Virus record (IMG/VR): IMGVR_UViG_3300030708_003143
Coordinates: 1-38,721 of that record
Strand: one strand, 5' to 3'
Origin: a virus
Lineage: Duplodnaviria; Caudoviricetes
DNA length: 38,721 nt
Below, piece after piece: positions 8,359 to 17,329 of the stretch (the first letter of the stretch is position 1; each line of letters opens with the position of its first letter). Under the pieces are notes generated by a model that searched no databases, was not told the DNA's origin, and worked only from the letters and a program-made list of their open reading frames with translations. The translations under genes were made by a program, and so were the position numbers.

Positions 8359-9006
8359 ATGTTCAAATCTTTTTTAAGAAAATTAAAAAGTCGTAAAGGT
8401 AATTCACTAGCTGAATTCGCAGTAACGACAGCAATGATGGCTACATTAGCTACAACAGCCGCTCCAAAATTTGGTGCAGTTGGTGCAGGAGCTAAAGAAA
8501 AGAAAACGATGGCTAACATCGATAAGATTTTGACTGTAGCTAACAACTATTATAACCAAACACTATCTGAAGAAGGAAAAGGTAGATTTCCAGGACAAGA
8601 GAAATATGATGTCGCCGTTGGTGGTGTCGATTTATCTGAAGGAGCTTCCACAGATGAAACTCTTGAAGCTTATGTGGAAACAATACTTGACCAAAAAGTA
8701 TCTTACACAGATGACTTAAGTGAATTCGTATATGTGTTCTCACCAGCAGTTGATGATGATGACGCATTACAAAACGATTGGATGAGTCTTGAAACATCAG
8801 TAGGATTCGATGGTAACTCTGAGATTGGAGCACTTGACTTCAAGAAAGACTTCGGTAACAATGGTTTAACATCACCATTTCAGGATGGTTCTTACGCTTA
8901 CCTAATTATACCAGGAAGTGGTAGTGGTACATCAGCACAAGCACCTGTTCTTGTTGTGATAGATACTGAAAATCCATCTAAACTACATAAGACTTTAGTA
9001 CCTTAA
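8359..9006 (+). CDS. type IV pilin-like protein with non-canonical G|NSLAE cleavage site
   Basis: AAGGAG RBS; basic leader MFKSFLRKLKSRKG, Glu at +5, hydrophobic helix ending APKF. Confidence 0.75.
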   Translation: MFKSFLRKLKSRKGNSLAEFAVTTAMMATLATTAAPKFGAVGAGAKEKKTMANIDKILTVANNYYNQTLSEEGKGRFPGQEKYDVAVGGVDLSEGASTDETLEAYVETILDQKVSYTDDLSEFVYVFSPAVDDDDALQNDWMSLETSVGFDGNSEIGALDFKKDFGNNGLTSPFQDGSYAYLIIPGSGSGTSAQAPVLVVIDTENPSKLHKTLVP

Positions 9007-9044
9007 TTCTTAACCAAACGGCGAGAGCCAGAAAGAGAAATAAA

Positions 9045-9497
9045 ATGAAGAAACTAAAAAACCAAAACGGATTTACCTTGATTGAATTAATCATGGTGAT
9101 GATAATATTAGGTATATTATCAGCCGTAGCCATCCCAAGATACTTGGAGACTATTCAAAAAGCTGAAGAAGCAGCTGAAGATGCAGTCATCAGTAATATT
9201 GGTGTAGCACTTGAAAACTACGGAGTTCATAAACTCATAGATAGTGGAAGAGCAATATGGCCTGATAACCCTTTTGACGCACTAAAAGATAAACCACAGA
9301 CTTATACTGATGATGGTACAAACGCCGACACAGATAACGAATGGACATTTGTCGATGGTGACCCAGCGTACATTACCCATCAACGCTCGGACAACTCAAG
9401 ATGGAAATGGGAGTATGACGCAGGTATAAACACAGGAACAGACGCAGACACAACTGGTTTCTTAGGAAACAGAGAAAGTCTATCAAGTGGTCAATAA
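9045..9497 (+). CDS. type IV pilin (prepilin N-terminal cleavage/methylation domain)
   Basis: G|FTLIELIMVMIILGILSAVAIPRY. Confidence 0.92.
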   Translation: MKKLKNQNGFTLIELIMVMIILGILSAVAIPRYLETIQKAEEAAEDAVISNIGVALENYGVHKLIDSGRAIWPDNPFDALKDKPQTYTDDGTNADTDNEWTFVDGDPAYITHQRSDNSRWKWEYDAGINTGTDADTTGFLGNRESLSSGQ

Positions 9498-9960
9498 AAA
9501 CAATGGTTTTACCTTAGTCGAACTGATAATGGTAATGGTTATCATTGGGATTTTAGCCGCAGTTTCGATACCGAGATTTACGAATATTGTCCGACAATCT
9601 GAAGCAGCTTCCGAACAAGGAGTTTTGATTAATTTGGTCGCTGCTTTAGATACTTATAGTCAAGAAGAGTTTATCGATACTGGTGTCCAAAAGTGGCCAA
9701 GCAATCCCTTTGATGCACTTAATAAAGTACCACAATCCTACGACAAATCAAATACCACTTTAATGGTAGAGATGGACGATAGTGATTGGATTTTTACTGG
9801 TGAAGCAAGTAATGATTTTAAAAATTCAATTGTCCATCGTAGAAAAGAAGATAGTCTAGCAATATGGACTTACAATTCATCAACGGGTGAGATTGGATAT
9901 TCTAATCCACCATATCAACCAAATCAAGTCGTATACAGACCTGATTTACAAGGACAATAA
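9487..9960 (+). CDS. type IV pilin (prepilin N-terminal cleavage/methylation domain)
   Basis: G|FTLVELIMVMVIIGILAAVSIPRF. Confidence 0.92.
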   Translation: MVNKNNGFTLVELIMVMVIIGILAAVSIPRFTNIVRQSEAASEQGVLINLVAALDTYSQEEFIDTGVQKWPSNPFDALNKVPQSYDKSNTTLMVEMDDSDWIFTGEASNDFKNSIVHRRKEDSLAIWTYNSSTGEIGYSNPPYQPNQVVYRPDLQGQ

Positions 9961-9962
9961 AA

Positions 9963-10403
9963 ATGAAAATACTAAAAGAGAAAATGAATGAAGGTTTTTC
10001 TTTAGTAGAGTTAGTAATGGTAATGGTCATCTTGGGAATACTCGCAGCAGTTGCAGTACCTAAGATGACATCCGTTCTAAATCAAGCAGCAGTAAGAGCT
10101 GAAAAAACTACAGTAGATACAATATGGGCAGGATGTGAATCTTACGCTAGTGATAAACTAATCGAAACTGGAACTGAAGTGTGGCCTTACAATCCACTCA
10201 CAGTTATGGGTAGGACTCGTAACATCAAGATAAATCTAACATTAGGTGTACCCGATGAAGATAATGAATGGCAGTTTAGTCTGATTGACGCAGGAGAACC
10301 TGCTATCTTTCATCAAAGACCTGATGATGAGATATGGTATTACACATATGATTCTACAGCATTTGAATTAGCCGAGGAACCAATTAGATACATAGCACAA
10401 TAA
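9963..10403 (+). CDS. type IV pilin (prepilin N-terminal cleavage/methylation domain)
   Basis: G|FSLVELVMVMVILGILAAVAVPKM. Confidence 0.92.
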   Translation: MKILKEKMNEGFSLVELVMVMVILGILAAVAVPKMTSVLNQAAVRAEKTTVDTIWAGCESYASDKLIETGTEVWPYNPLTVMGRTRNIKINLTLGVPDEDNEWQFSLIDAGEPAIFHQRPDDEIWYYTYDSTAFELAEEPIRYIAQ

Positions 10404-10404
10404 T

Positions 10405-10830
10405 ATGAATAATCAAATAAAAGAATTACTTTTATATGGTGGAATATTTTTATGTTTCGCATATGTTATATTCGCACCTGAAAAGGATTCTACACCCAAA
10501 GTCGAAACACCATCATTGGTAGATTTCGATGAACATCCAATAGTAGCTTGGTTAGCATATGATAGAGAAGGTGGCCCTTGTGTTAAGGTCAGATATGAAG
10601 TCAAGAGGAAAGAAACCAAGCTATTTATGTTTTCTGAAAGTGGTAAGTTAGTACATCAAACTCCTATCTCGTTGAGTCCTCATAGAGACGGAAGAAAAAG
10701 AATAGAAACATATACATGGAAGTTATATAGAACTGAATGGTCATCTCACATTGAGCCAGGTTTCTATACAGTTGTGGTTGGAACGAAGTATGACAAGAGA
10801 GGTATCGGAACCGAGATAGAAGTATTATGA
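10405..10830 (+). CDS. membrane-anchored protein with possible FlgD-like Ig domain
   Basis: N-terminal TM helix; MFSESGKLV...YTW...IEPGFYTV pattern. Confidence 0.55.
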   Translation: MNNQIKELLLYGGIFLCFAYVIFAPEKDSTPKVETPSLVDFDEHPIVAWLAYDREGGPCVKVRYEVKRKETKLFMFSESGKLVHQTPISLSPHRDGRKRIETYTWKLYRTEWSSHIEPGFYTVVVGTKYDKRGIGTEIEVL

Positions 10831-11432
10831 AGTACCTAACACTTTTATTATTATTGAGTGTTACATATTCTCAAGACATCCAACAAACATCAGAAACTAA
10901 AAGAGATGTTGCTTACGGACAAGATTGTGATGATACAGAATATAGAGATTACAAAGGATATCCAGCTTGGAAAGGTTATGGTGGATGGTTATCTGAATGT
11001 GATTCAATCCGTTCTGTAAACTTAGATAGAGAATTCGCGGAAAGAGCTAAGATACAGAAAAGAGAAAAGGCAATTCAAGATAGTATAGATACACAAGAAG
11101 CATTGGCAGAGATAGATAATTTAGATTTAGATGCTATGTGGGAAAATACCGTATGGGAAGAAATACAAGATGTCACAACCGTATATGCTGAAGTCGAACA
11201 GATAACAGCAGTTGCTGGTGTTCGTGGAGCAGAAGCAGAAGATGAGGCACTCGACCATTTATATTACAGACGAAGTATGAAAGGATTGGCTCTGATAGAT
11301 TTACAGAAGGCTTATGGTAAGTTAATAATCAAAAAAGACAACTTAATTAAAGTTGACCCTAATCATCCCAAATTAAATAAAATAAATAACTTAATAACAC
11401 AATTAGAGGTGAAAATTAAAAAGTATTCTTAA
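10827..11432 (+). CDS. secreted hypothetical protein
   Basis: Signal peptide MKYLTLLLLLSVTYS; AVAGVRGA motif. Confidence 0.7.
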   Translation: MKYLTLLLLLSVTYSQDIQQTSETKRDVAYGQDCDDTEYRDYKGYPAWKGYGGWLSECDSIRSVNLDREFAERAKIQKREKAIQDSIDTQEALAEIDNLDLDAMWENTVWEEIQDVTTVYAEVEQITAVAGVRGAEAEDEALDHLYYRRSMKGLALIDLQKAYGKLIIKKDNLIKVDPNHPKLNKINNLITQLEVKIKKYS

Positions 11433-11469
11433 TATTTATTGGTACACATACCGATGAGAGAGAAGTACA

Positions 11470-11844
11470 TTGAGGATATTATTATTGTTATTAATGGTTA
11501 CATCCTTATATTCATCACCGACATTCAAAGTGTTTAATGATAACTTAAATTTTGAAATGGATAAAACTGCCCACATGATGGTTAGTGGTGGTTTGTATTA
11601 TCAAGGTTTGGTTTTTCAAGATTCAACTCAGAATGAAACCAAGGCAGCTGTTTTTGCATTTTGTATTGGGGTGGGTTGGGAAACCTATCAAGGTTTGGCA
11701 CATAAAAGACATGGTGGATTTTCCGTACAAGATTTACAATACAATGTATTGGGAATATTTTTAGCACATTTACAAAAAGAATTTTGGTTTTATTTCAAAA
11801 AAATTAAATCTAACAGAAAACTAACACATTTTTCCGACAAGTAG
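11470..11844 (+). CDS. YfiM/DUF2279-like membrane protein
   Basis: DKTAH...GVGWE...GGFSVQDLQYNVLG. Confidence 0.6.
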   Translation: MRILLLLLMVTSLYSSPTFKVFNDNLNFEMDKTAHMMVSGGLYYQGLVFQDSTQNETKAAVFAFCIGVGWETYQGLAHKRHGGFSVQDLQYNVLGIFLAHLQKEFWFYFKKIKSNRKLTHFSDK

Positions 11845-11930
11845 CTTATATTTATGTACGAAGACTAAAGATAAATTTTAGTTTTTAAAGCGACAATACA
11901 TAATCTTATCACTTAATAAAGGAGAAACCG

Positions 11931-12260
11931 ATGAGAGCCTTAATATCTTTGATGTTAATGGGCTCGTTGATAGCCCAAAACTCCATAAAGGAGAGTCAAC
12001 AATTTCCACAACCAATCGTTCCGTTTGAATTATCATACAATGATGTTTTATCTGTAAATGAAAATCCCATTGGAAAAATTAATGTAGTTTTTTTCATAGA
12101 TGAAAATGGTGATGTTGAGGATGCGGTTATTTTAGATTCATTCGATGTAAAGATGAATCCAGTTGTACTTGACAAAGTTAATCAAACCAAGTATCAACCA
12201 GCTATACAAAATGGAAGACCTGTTAAAGTCAAATATCATTTACCTATAGTATTTAAGTAA
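11931..12260 (+). CDS. TonB C-terminal domain protein with signal peptide
   Basis: GKINVVFFIDENGDV...YQPAIQNGRPVKVKYHLPIVF; AAGGAG RBS. Confidence 0.85.
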   Translation: MRALISLMLMGSLIAQNSIKESQQFPQPIVPFELSYNDVLSVNENPIGKINVVFFIDENGDVEDAVILDSFDVKMNPVVLDKVNQTKYQPAIQNGRPVKVKYHLPIVFK

Positions 12261-12263
12261 AAT

Positions 12264-12293
12264 AAAAAAGGGGAATTTTCATTCCCCTTTTTT
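12264..12293. terminator. bidirectional intrinsic terminator between convergent genes
   Basis: AAAAAAGGGGAAT-TTTC-ATTCCCCTTTTTT. Confidence 0.9.
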
Positions 12294-12301
12294 TTCATAC
12301 A

Positions 12302-12517
12302 TTAACTTGGTCTGTTCTTCTTTTTCCATTTCTGTTTAAAGATACCCCAAGAACCTTTCTTACCCTTTTCCTTACCTTTTACTTTCTTACCTTTTTTCTT
12401 TTTCTTCTTCTTAATCTCATCGGCATATTCGTAATTGGCCATATGGATATTCCATTCTTGTGGAACGACTCCACATACGAAGCAGGATAATAAGATTGAC
12501 AATAATATACTTTTCAT
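12302..12517 (-). CDS. secreted Lys-rich peptide (paralog 2)
   Basis: Signal-like N-terminus, then EIKKKKKKKGKK; AAAGGA RBS. Confidence 0.75.
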   Translation of the reverse strand: MKSILLSILLSCFVCGVVPQEWNIHMANYEYADEIKKKKKKKGKKVKGKEKGKKGSWGIFKQKWKKKNRPS

Positions 12518-12527
12518 TCAGTCCTTT

Positions 12528-12725
12528 CTACTTGGAACCAAAGACCTTTGAGAAGAAACCTTTTTTCTTCTTTTTACCCTTTTGTCCCATTTTCTTACCT
12601 TTCTTCTTTTTCTTCTTTTTGATTTCTTCCATACCAGCCATATTCATCTCAGAGGACGCATACGCAGTAGGGACAGCACCAAAAAAAATTACTAAAGAAA
12701 GTATACTCGTGAGTATATGTTTCAT
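12528..12725 (-). CDS. secreted Lys-rich peptide (paralog 1)
   Basis: Signal peptide ending AYA, then EIKKKKKKKGKK...GFFSKVFGSK; AGGAG RBS. Confidence 0.8.
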   Translation of the reverse strand: MKHILTSILSLVIFFGAVPTAYASSEMNMAGMEEIKKKKKKKGKKMGQKGKKKKKGFFSKVFGSK

Positions 12726-12806
12726 GATTAACTCCTATAACAACGCGTTATATTGGTTCTCTTGTAGAACCAATTATCTATAAATATATGATTAGTTTAC
12801 TTAGAA

Positions 12807-13505
12807 TCAAGTTTTTCTTATTGGATATACATCGGACTGGGCTAAGTAATCCGAAAGACTAACAACACTACAATCTTTAAATATTTCTGCTATAATAGTA
12901 TGATTATCCATTCTCTTAACACCCTTCGAGTTTATATACATGACTCTTTCATTTTTATGTCTCATACAGTTATAAATATCGTCATACATTTCGTCTGTGA
13001 GTGTAGACTCTAATGTTTTATAGTTTGAAAAATAAAGTAAATCATTCAACCGAATTGATTCATTAGTTGTGCCAGGAAAACAAACTTTGTTTTTATTTAT
13101 CTTGGGTTGATATTTTTCAAATTGAAGACTTGTTATGTAACTCAAATCAAATCGCGTCATCAAAACCACATCTCTCGGATTTGGTTCGGTTTCCTTAAGT
13201 AATTCGAAACTTTCAAACATGGAATACAATTTACTTGCTCTTCTTTTACTTGCCTGTTCTACTCCAAACTTTTTTTGTTTTTCTATTTTATAAGATGTAG
13301 GTTTATAATGATGTAGAATATCTGCCTCTTGTTCAGTATTCCAACAATGTAAAACAATATCTATTTCATCGAAATATTTTTTGTTTGGTTTTATAACACC
13401 TTCGAGTAACTCATTATATGTGGTTTCGGCTTTATAGAATCCACCTTGTCCATCTTTACCTGATTTACCTCCAAGTATACCACTTAAAACTATTTTAAGA
13501 TTCAT
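12807..13505 (-). CDS. putative glycosyltransferase-like protein
   Basis: LSG..., DIVLHCW, YKP...IE, VLMTRFDL and LNDLLYF pattern of viral GT-like proteins. Confidence 0.45.
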   Translation of the reverse strand: MNLKIVLSGILGGKSGKDGQGGFYKAETTYNELLEGVIKPNKKYFDEIDIVLHCWNTEQEADILHHYKPTSYKIEKQKKFGVEQASKRRASKLYSMFESFELLKETEPNPRDVVLMTRFDLSYITSLQFEKYQPKINKNKVCFPGTTNESIRLNDLLYFSNYKTLESTLTDEMYDDIYNCMRHKNERVMYINSKGVKRMDNHTIIAEIFKDCSVVSLSDYLAQSDVYPIRKT

Positions 13506-14300
13506 CTACTTACCTTTATTAAAATCTCCATACTTTTGACCATTTTCTTTTTCTATAATAGACTTGAAATAATCAACTGTAAAATCACTTCTGTGTTTGT
13601 TATAACTATCGAATATTTTCATATCTTTTTCTTTTCCATGTGTTTGTAATTGCATGATTATTGCTTTTCTATCTTGAGGACTCATGTTGCTTGAAGAACC
13701 ATGTAACAATCTGTGATTAAATAAAAGCATATCACCTGGTTCCATCTCTACATTCATTATACCATATTTTTCAGTTGCTCGTTTCATTTCAGATGGCTTT
13801 GCTCTTTGCTTATGTGTTAAGTTGTTCCAAACAATATCTTGGTGTTCAACCATGCCGAGTTTATGTGAACTCGGAACAATTCTAAGACATCCATTTTCCA
13901 ATGTCATCTCATCAATAGCTATGAATACTTGTGCAAATTTTTTCCAATCCTTCTTAGGGTCACAACCAGGTGCAAATGTTCTTATATTTGGCCATTCTTG
14001 ATGCCACATTTCTTCAGGTCCGATGAATGCGGCTTTATTACTAACCATGAGATGATTTACATGAGGATTTTTATTTTCAAGTACTTGTAAACAAAAATTA
14101 TTCAGATGTTCATTAGTCAATATTTCATCAAATGGAGATACACTATGTAGTTGACCATAACCCCAAGGCACATCTGAAAATGGCAAATAAACTTTTGGTT
14201 CTAATTCTTCGAGTTTTTTGTGTGCCCTATATACCCAATCATCATTCAAGGCTGATTTGATTAGAATATATCCATCATTGTTATAGTTTTCGAATGTCAT
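13506..14300 (-). CDS. PhyH-family Fe(II)/2-oxoglutarate dioxygenase
   Basis: WHQE, IAIDEMTLENGCLRIVPSSHK, MEPGDMLLFNHRLLHGSSSN...R. Confidence 0.88.
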   Translation of the reverse strand: MTFENYNNDGYILIKSALNDDWVYRAHKKLEELEPKVYLPFSDVPWGYGQLHSVSPFDEILTNEHLNNFCLQVLENKNPHVNHLMVSNKAAFIGPEEMWHQEWPNIRTFAPGCDPKKDWKKFAQVFIAIDEMTLENGCLRIVPSSHKLGMVEHQDIVWNNLTHKQRAKPSEMKRATEKYGIMNVEMEPGDMLLFNHRLLHGSSSNMSPQDRKAIIMQLQTHGKEKDMKIFDSYNKHRSDFTVDYFKSIIEKENGQKYGDFNKGK

Positions 14301-14327
14301 GAAAATAAATATAGTTTTTTAAAATAA

Positions 14328-17327
14328 TTATGGTGCAGAACTTTTGTAAGGATGGTCTGCTGGTAAGTTACCTTCCAATCCCCACTTGTGTGCCAGATAA
14401 CCTTCTGCTTTTTCTAATGTTGATATATCTTGAAAGGCTGTTCCAGGTATGTCTGCTACGGCGAAAAATTCTGCTAGTTTACCTTCCAATTCCACCGATG
14501 ACCTATTCCTCATCAATCTCAACTGTTGGTTTGTTTGAATTGAGTTGTCATAATCATTGACTGGTGTAAAAGCATTTGCTCCATCTATTCTATTGCCTAT
14601 TTGATTGCCTGATTTATTAAAGAAACAAGCAACTACATGCCATGTGTTTTGTGTTAAACCTGATGTCCAATCTTGTTTATTGCCTATTGTTGAGCTTATT
14701 CTATTGAAGGCGTCTACTCCACCACTACCAATACCATCTAAATCTAACTCACCCGGCCAGGTATTATTAGACGCACCTGCACTCAAGGCGTAATCTCGTT
14801 TTGGTGAAGTATTTGTTTCATAACTCCAAATGGAATCTTTGTTACTATCAGTTCCTTCAAATCTAAACACACCGATTGCCCAATGGTTACCACTTGATGC
14901 TTGTGTTCGGTAACCTGAACTTTGTAAAAATTCACCATTACCATCAAAATCAAATACATTCAATCCATTTTGAGTATTACCGACCGTTGGTGTTCCCCCA
15001 ACTGTCATCGTGTAGGTTCCTGATTTATCAGTCACACCAGTCAAGGTTGTTCCACTTGTTGTGTAGTTTGAGGAATCTGATGCATCAATCCAAGCAGCAG
15101 TTGTTATATCGTTGGCTGGTGACCACGCCGCTACAGGAGTCGTGTATAAGAAATTGAATCTATTATCAGTCACGAATTGACTATCACTATTTCCACTTGT
15201 ATTCCAAGTTATTCCAGTTTGCCATATATCACCATTGTATTCCAAAGCACCAATGTCATCAGTTAATGAATCACTACCTGTTGGAATGAATTCAAAATTA
15301 GTATATGTGGTATTTCCTGCATCCACTATTGAGGCAGTATTTATCGGTCTGAAATCAAAACTGGCTGAATCTACCAAAAGAGGTTCTATATCGGCTTGTG
15401 TATAATTGTTTGAACTTGTTATTCGAGCTTCAAATGCTTCTGCATCACTTCTATGACCACTTATTGATTCAGCTAGATTATTCATCACTACGGAACCGAA
15501 ATTGATATCTTGACCGGCTTGGACATTCAAAACCATTATATCATTCTTTTCCACACTATTGAAAATCGTATTATTGTATACAAAATGACCGCCAACACTA
15601 ACACCACCATCCAACATACCACCTTTTACCATGATACCGCCTGTACAATTCCATCCAACATTATGGTGGATATATCCGTTGAATCCTTCACCATCACCAT
15701 CGAATCGTATACCATATTTAATGGTATCGTGTACCCAATTATATCTTACTTTAGCATTTCGTTGCTGTGATGTCATGAGATGTATCATGGCTCCATCACT
15801 TTGTAAATAACCACTTTCGGCTAAATCATTATATTCTATAATTGGTGCGTTGCCTGAATTTAATGTAGAGGATGCAGCCGTTTTTCTAAAAGTATTGTGA
15901 CTAACAAGGTTATTATCACCCATCAATCTAAGAGTTGTCATCACGGATGATAAATTGGCAACAGTTTTATCTATGTAATTAAAATAACAATCTATGATTG
16001 TAGTATCTCCACCTTGTGTATGAATTACATCACCATCAGTATATCTAAACGCACATCCGTTAAAACTAACATTTGGACTACTTGTAATTCTCGTTTGAGT
16101 CTCAAAGACTTCATTGGTAGCTGGAGCAATAGTTGAACCTGAATTGATTTGATTTAACATATGTGCATAACAACTGGCATATTGAAAATTACAATCACGG
16201 ACTTTTAAATGATTGGCATTATTACCTTTGATTGTGGTGGAGAAGAAATTAATGTTTTCGATGGATACATCTTTTGCCGTTACATTTAAGGAATAACTCT
16301 GTTGTTTTGCTCTTATGTTTGTGGTACTTGGAACGGCATCATCCTTTAACCAAACATACAAGTATTTTGTAGTATTGTCAAAGAACCATTCATTTTCACT
16401 ATTCAAGTATTCTAATTTATTTTCCAAATAGTAATAGTGATGTTTTGTTTTCCATGAAGCAACAGGATGATACGATAATCTAATAACATCATTAGTATTA
16501 TCTAATGATTGTGAAGTTACTAATTTTGTATAAGTTCTGAATGAACCAACATTCAAGTTAATCAAAGAACCCGTAACATTGAATCCATTACCCAATCCTT
16601 GTTGTGCCTCAACAAAATCATATAAACTGGCACTGAAACTACCATCAAAAATATGTGCTACATCAACTATTTCTCCGTTGTCATAATAATAATGACTACC
16701 AGTTCCATTACCTAAAATACTACCTGAAATATTTGTAATGTTTCCATTATTCTTATATTCATAATATCCATGACCCCAATTATTAAAGTTATATACGGTT
16801 TCATCAGTCCATTGAGCACTTGGATATCTTGCGTTTATAACTTCATCTCTGTTGTGAAAAAGTTGCCAGATTTCAACATTCGAATTTAATTTTATTTTGT
16901 AAATGGTTTTGTTACTAAGTGTTTGGTTGGTATCCGTAATGATATCAGTTGTATGTGTTGACCATTCACCACCATTTACAGAACTATCTGCCAAATCACT
17001 TATTGGTCTTGTTCCATCAAATGTAACATTTTCATAATTATATCCTCTTATTGACAAACCATTATTTGTTATTTCTTCTTCATCGAATTCATATGAACCT
17101 GTTCTAAAATATATTGTGTCTTGGTTTGTTATTTGTGACTGTGCGAAGGCTAAGGTTTGAAATGGATTATTTATATCCCCACTAACTGATACATCATCAG
17201 TACCATCATTTGATACAAAAAATGGAGTTGGAGGCCAGATGTGTTCGTTATTATAATAAACATCATCCACCTCAGTATTATTAAAATAAATGTTTTGTGC
17301 GGTGTTAATTCTTATAGACCGAGACAT
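14328..17327 (-). CDS. right-handed beta-helix protein with C-terminal LamG-like domain (tailspike/depolymerase-like)
   Basis: GxD...NPFQTLAFA..YFRTGSY start, parallel beta-helix repeats (YNWVHD, GIRFDG), DFRP..IVDAG..DIGALE, and terminal EGYLAHKWGL..LPADHPYK. Confidence 0.7.
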   Translation of the reverse strand: MSRSIRINTAQNIYFNNTEVDDVYYNNEHIWPPTPFFVSNDGTDDVSVSGDINNPFQTLAFAQSQITNQDTIYFRTGSYEFDEEEITNNGLSIRGYNYENVTFDGTRPISDLADSSVNGGEWSTHTTDIITDTNQTLSNKTIYKIKLNSNVEIWQLFHNRDEVINARYPSAQWTDETVYNFNNWGHGYYEYKNNGNITNISGSILGNGTGSHYYYDNGEIVDVAHIFDGSFSASLYDFVEAQQGLGNGFNVTGSLINLNVGSFRTYTKLVTSQSLDNTNDVIRLSYHPVASWKTKHHYYYLENKLEYLNSENEWFFDNTTKYLYVWLKDDAVPSTTNIRAKQQSYSLNVTAKDVSIENINFFSTTIKGNNANHLKVRDCNFQYASCYAHMLNQINSGSTIAPATNEVFETQTRITSSPNVSFNGCAFRYTDGDVIHTQGGDTTIIDCYFNYIDKTVANLSSVMTTLRLMGDNNLVSHNTFRKTAASSTLNSGNAPIIEYNDLAESGYLQSDGAMIHLMTSQQRNAKVRYNWVHDTIKYGIRFDGDGEGFNGYIHHNVGWNCTGGIMVKGGMLDGGVSVGGHFVYNNTIFNSVEKNDIMVLNVQAGQDINFGSVVMNNLAESISGHRSDAEAFEARITSSNNYTQADIEPLLVDSASFDFRPINTASIVDAGNTTYTNFEFIPTGSDSLTDDIGALEYNGDIWQTGITWNTSGNSDSQFVTDNRFNFLYTTPVAAWSPANDITTAAWIDASDSSNYTTSGTTLTGVTDKSGTYTMTVGGTPTVGNTQNGLNVFDFDGNGEFLQSSGYRTQASSGNHWAIGVFRFEGTDSNKDSIWSYETNTSPKRDYALSAGASNNTWPGELDLDGIGSGGVDAFNRISSTIGNKQDWTSGLTQNTWHVVACFFNKSGNQIGNRIDGANAFTPVNDYDNSIQTNQQLRLMRNRSSVELEGKLAEFFAVADIPGTAFQDISTLEKAEGYLAHKWGLEGNLPADHPYKSSAP

Positions 17328-17329
17328 TT

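Noticed and set aside
12460-12783. Phe-rich plus-strand ORF
   Set aside because: Antisense shadow of the poly-Lys genes.
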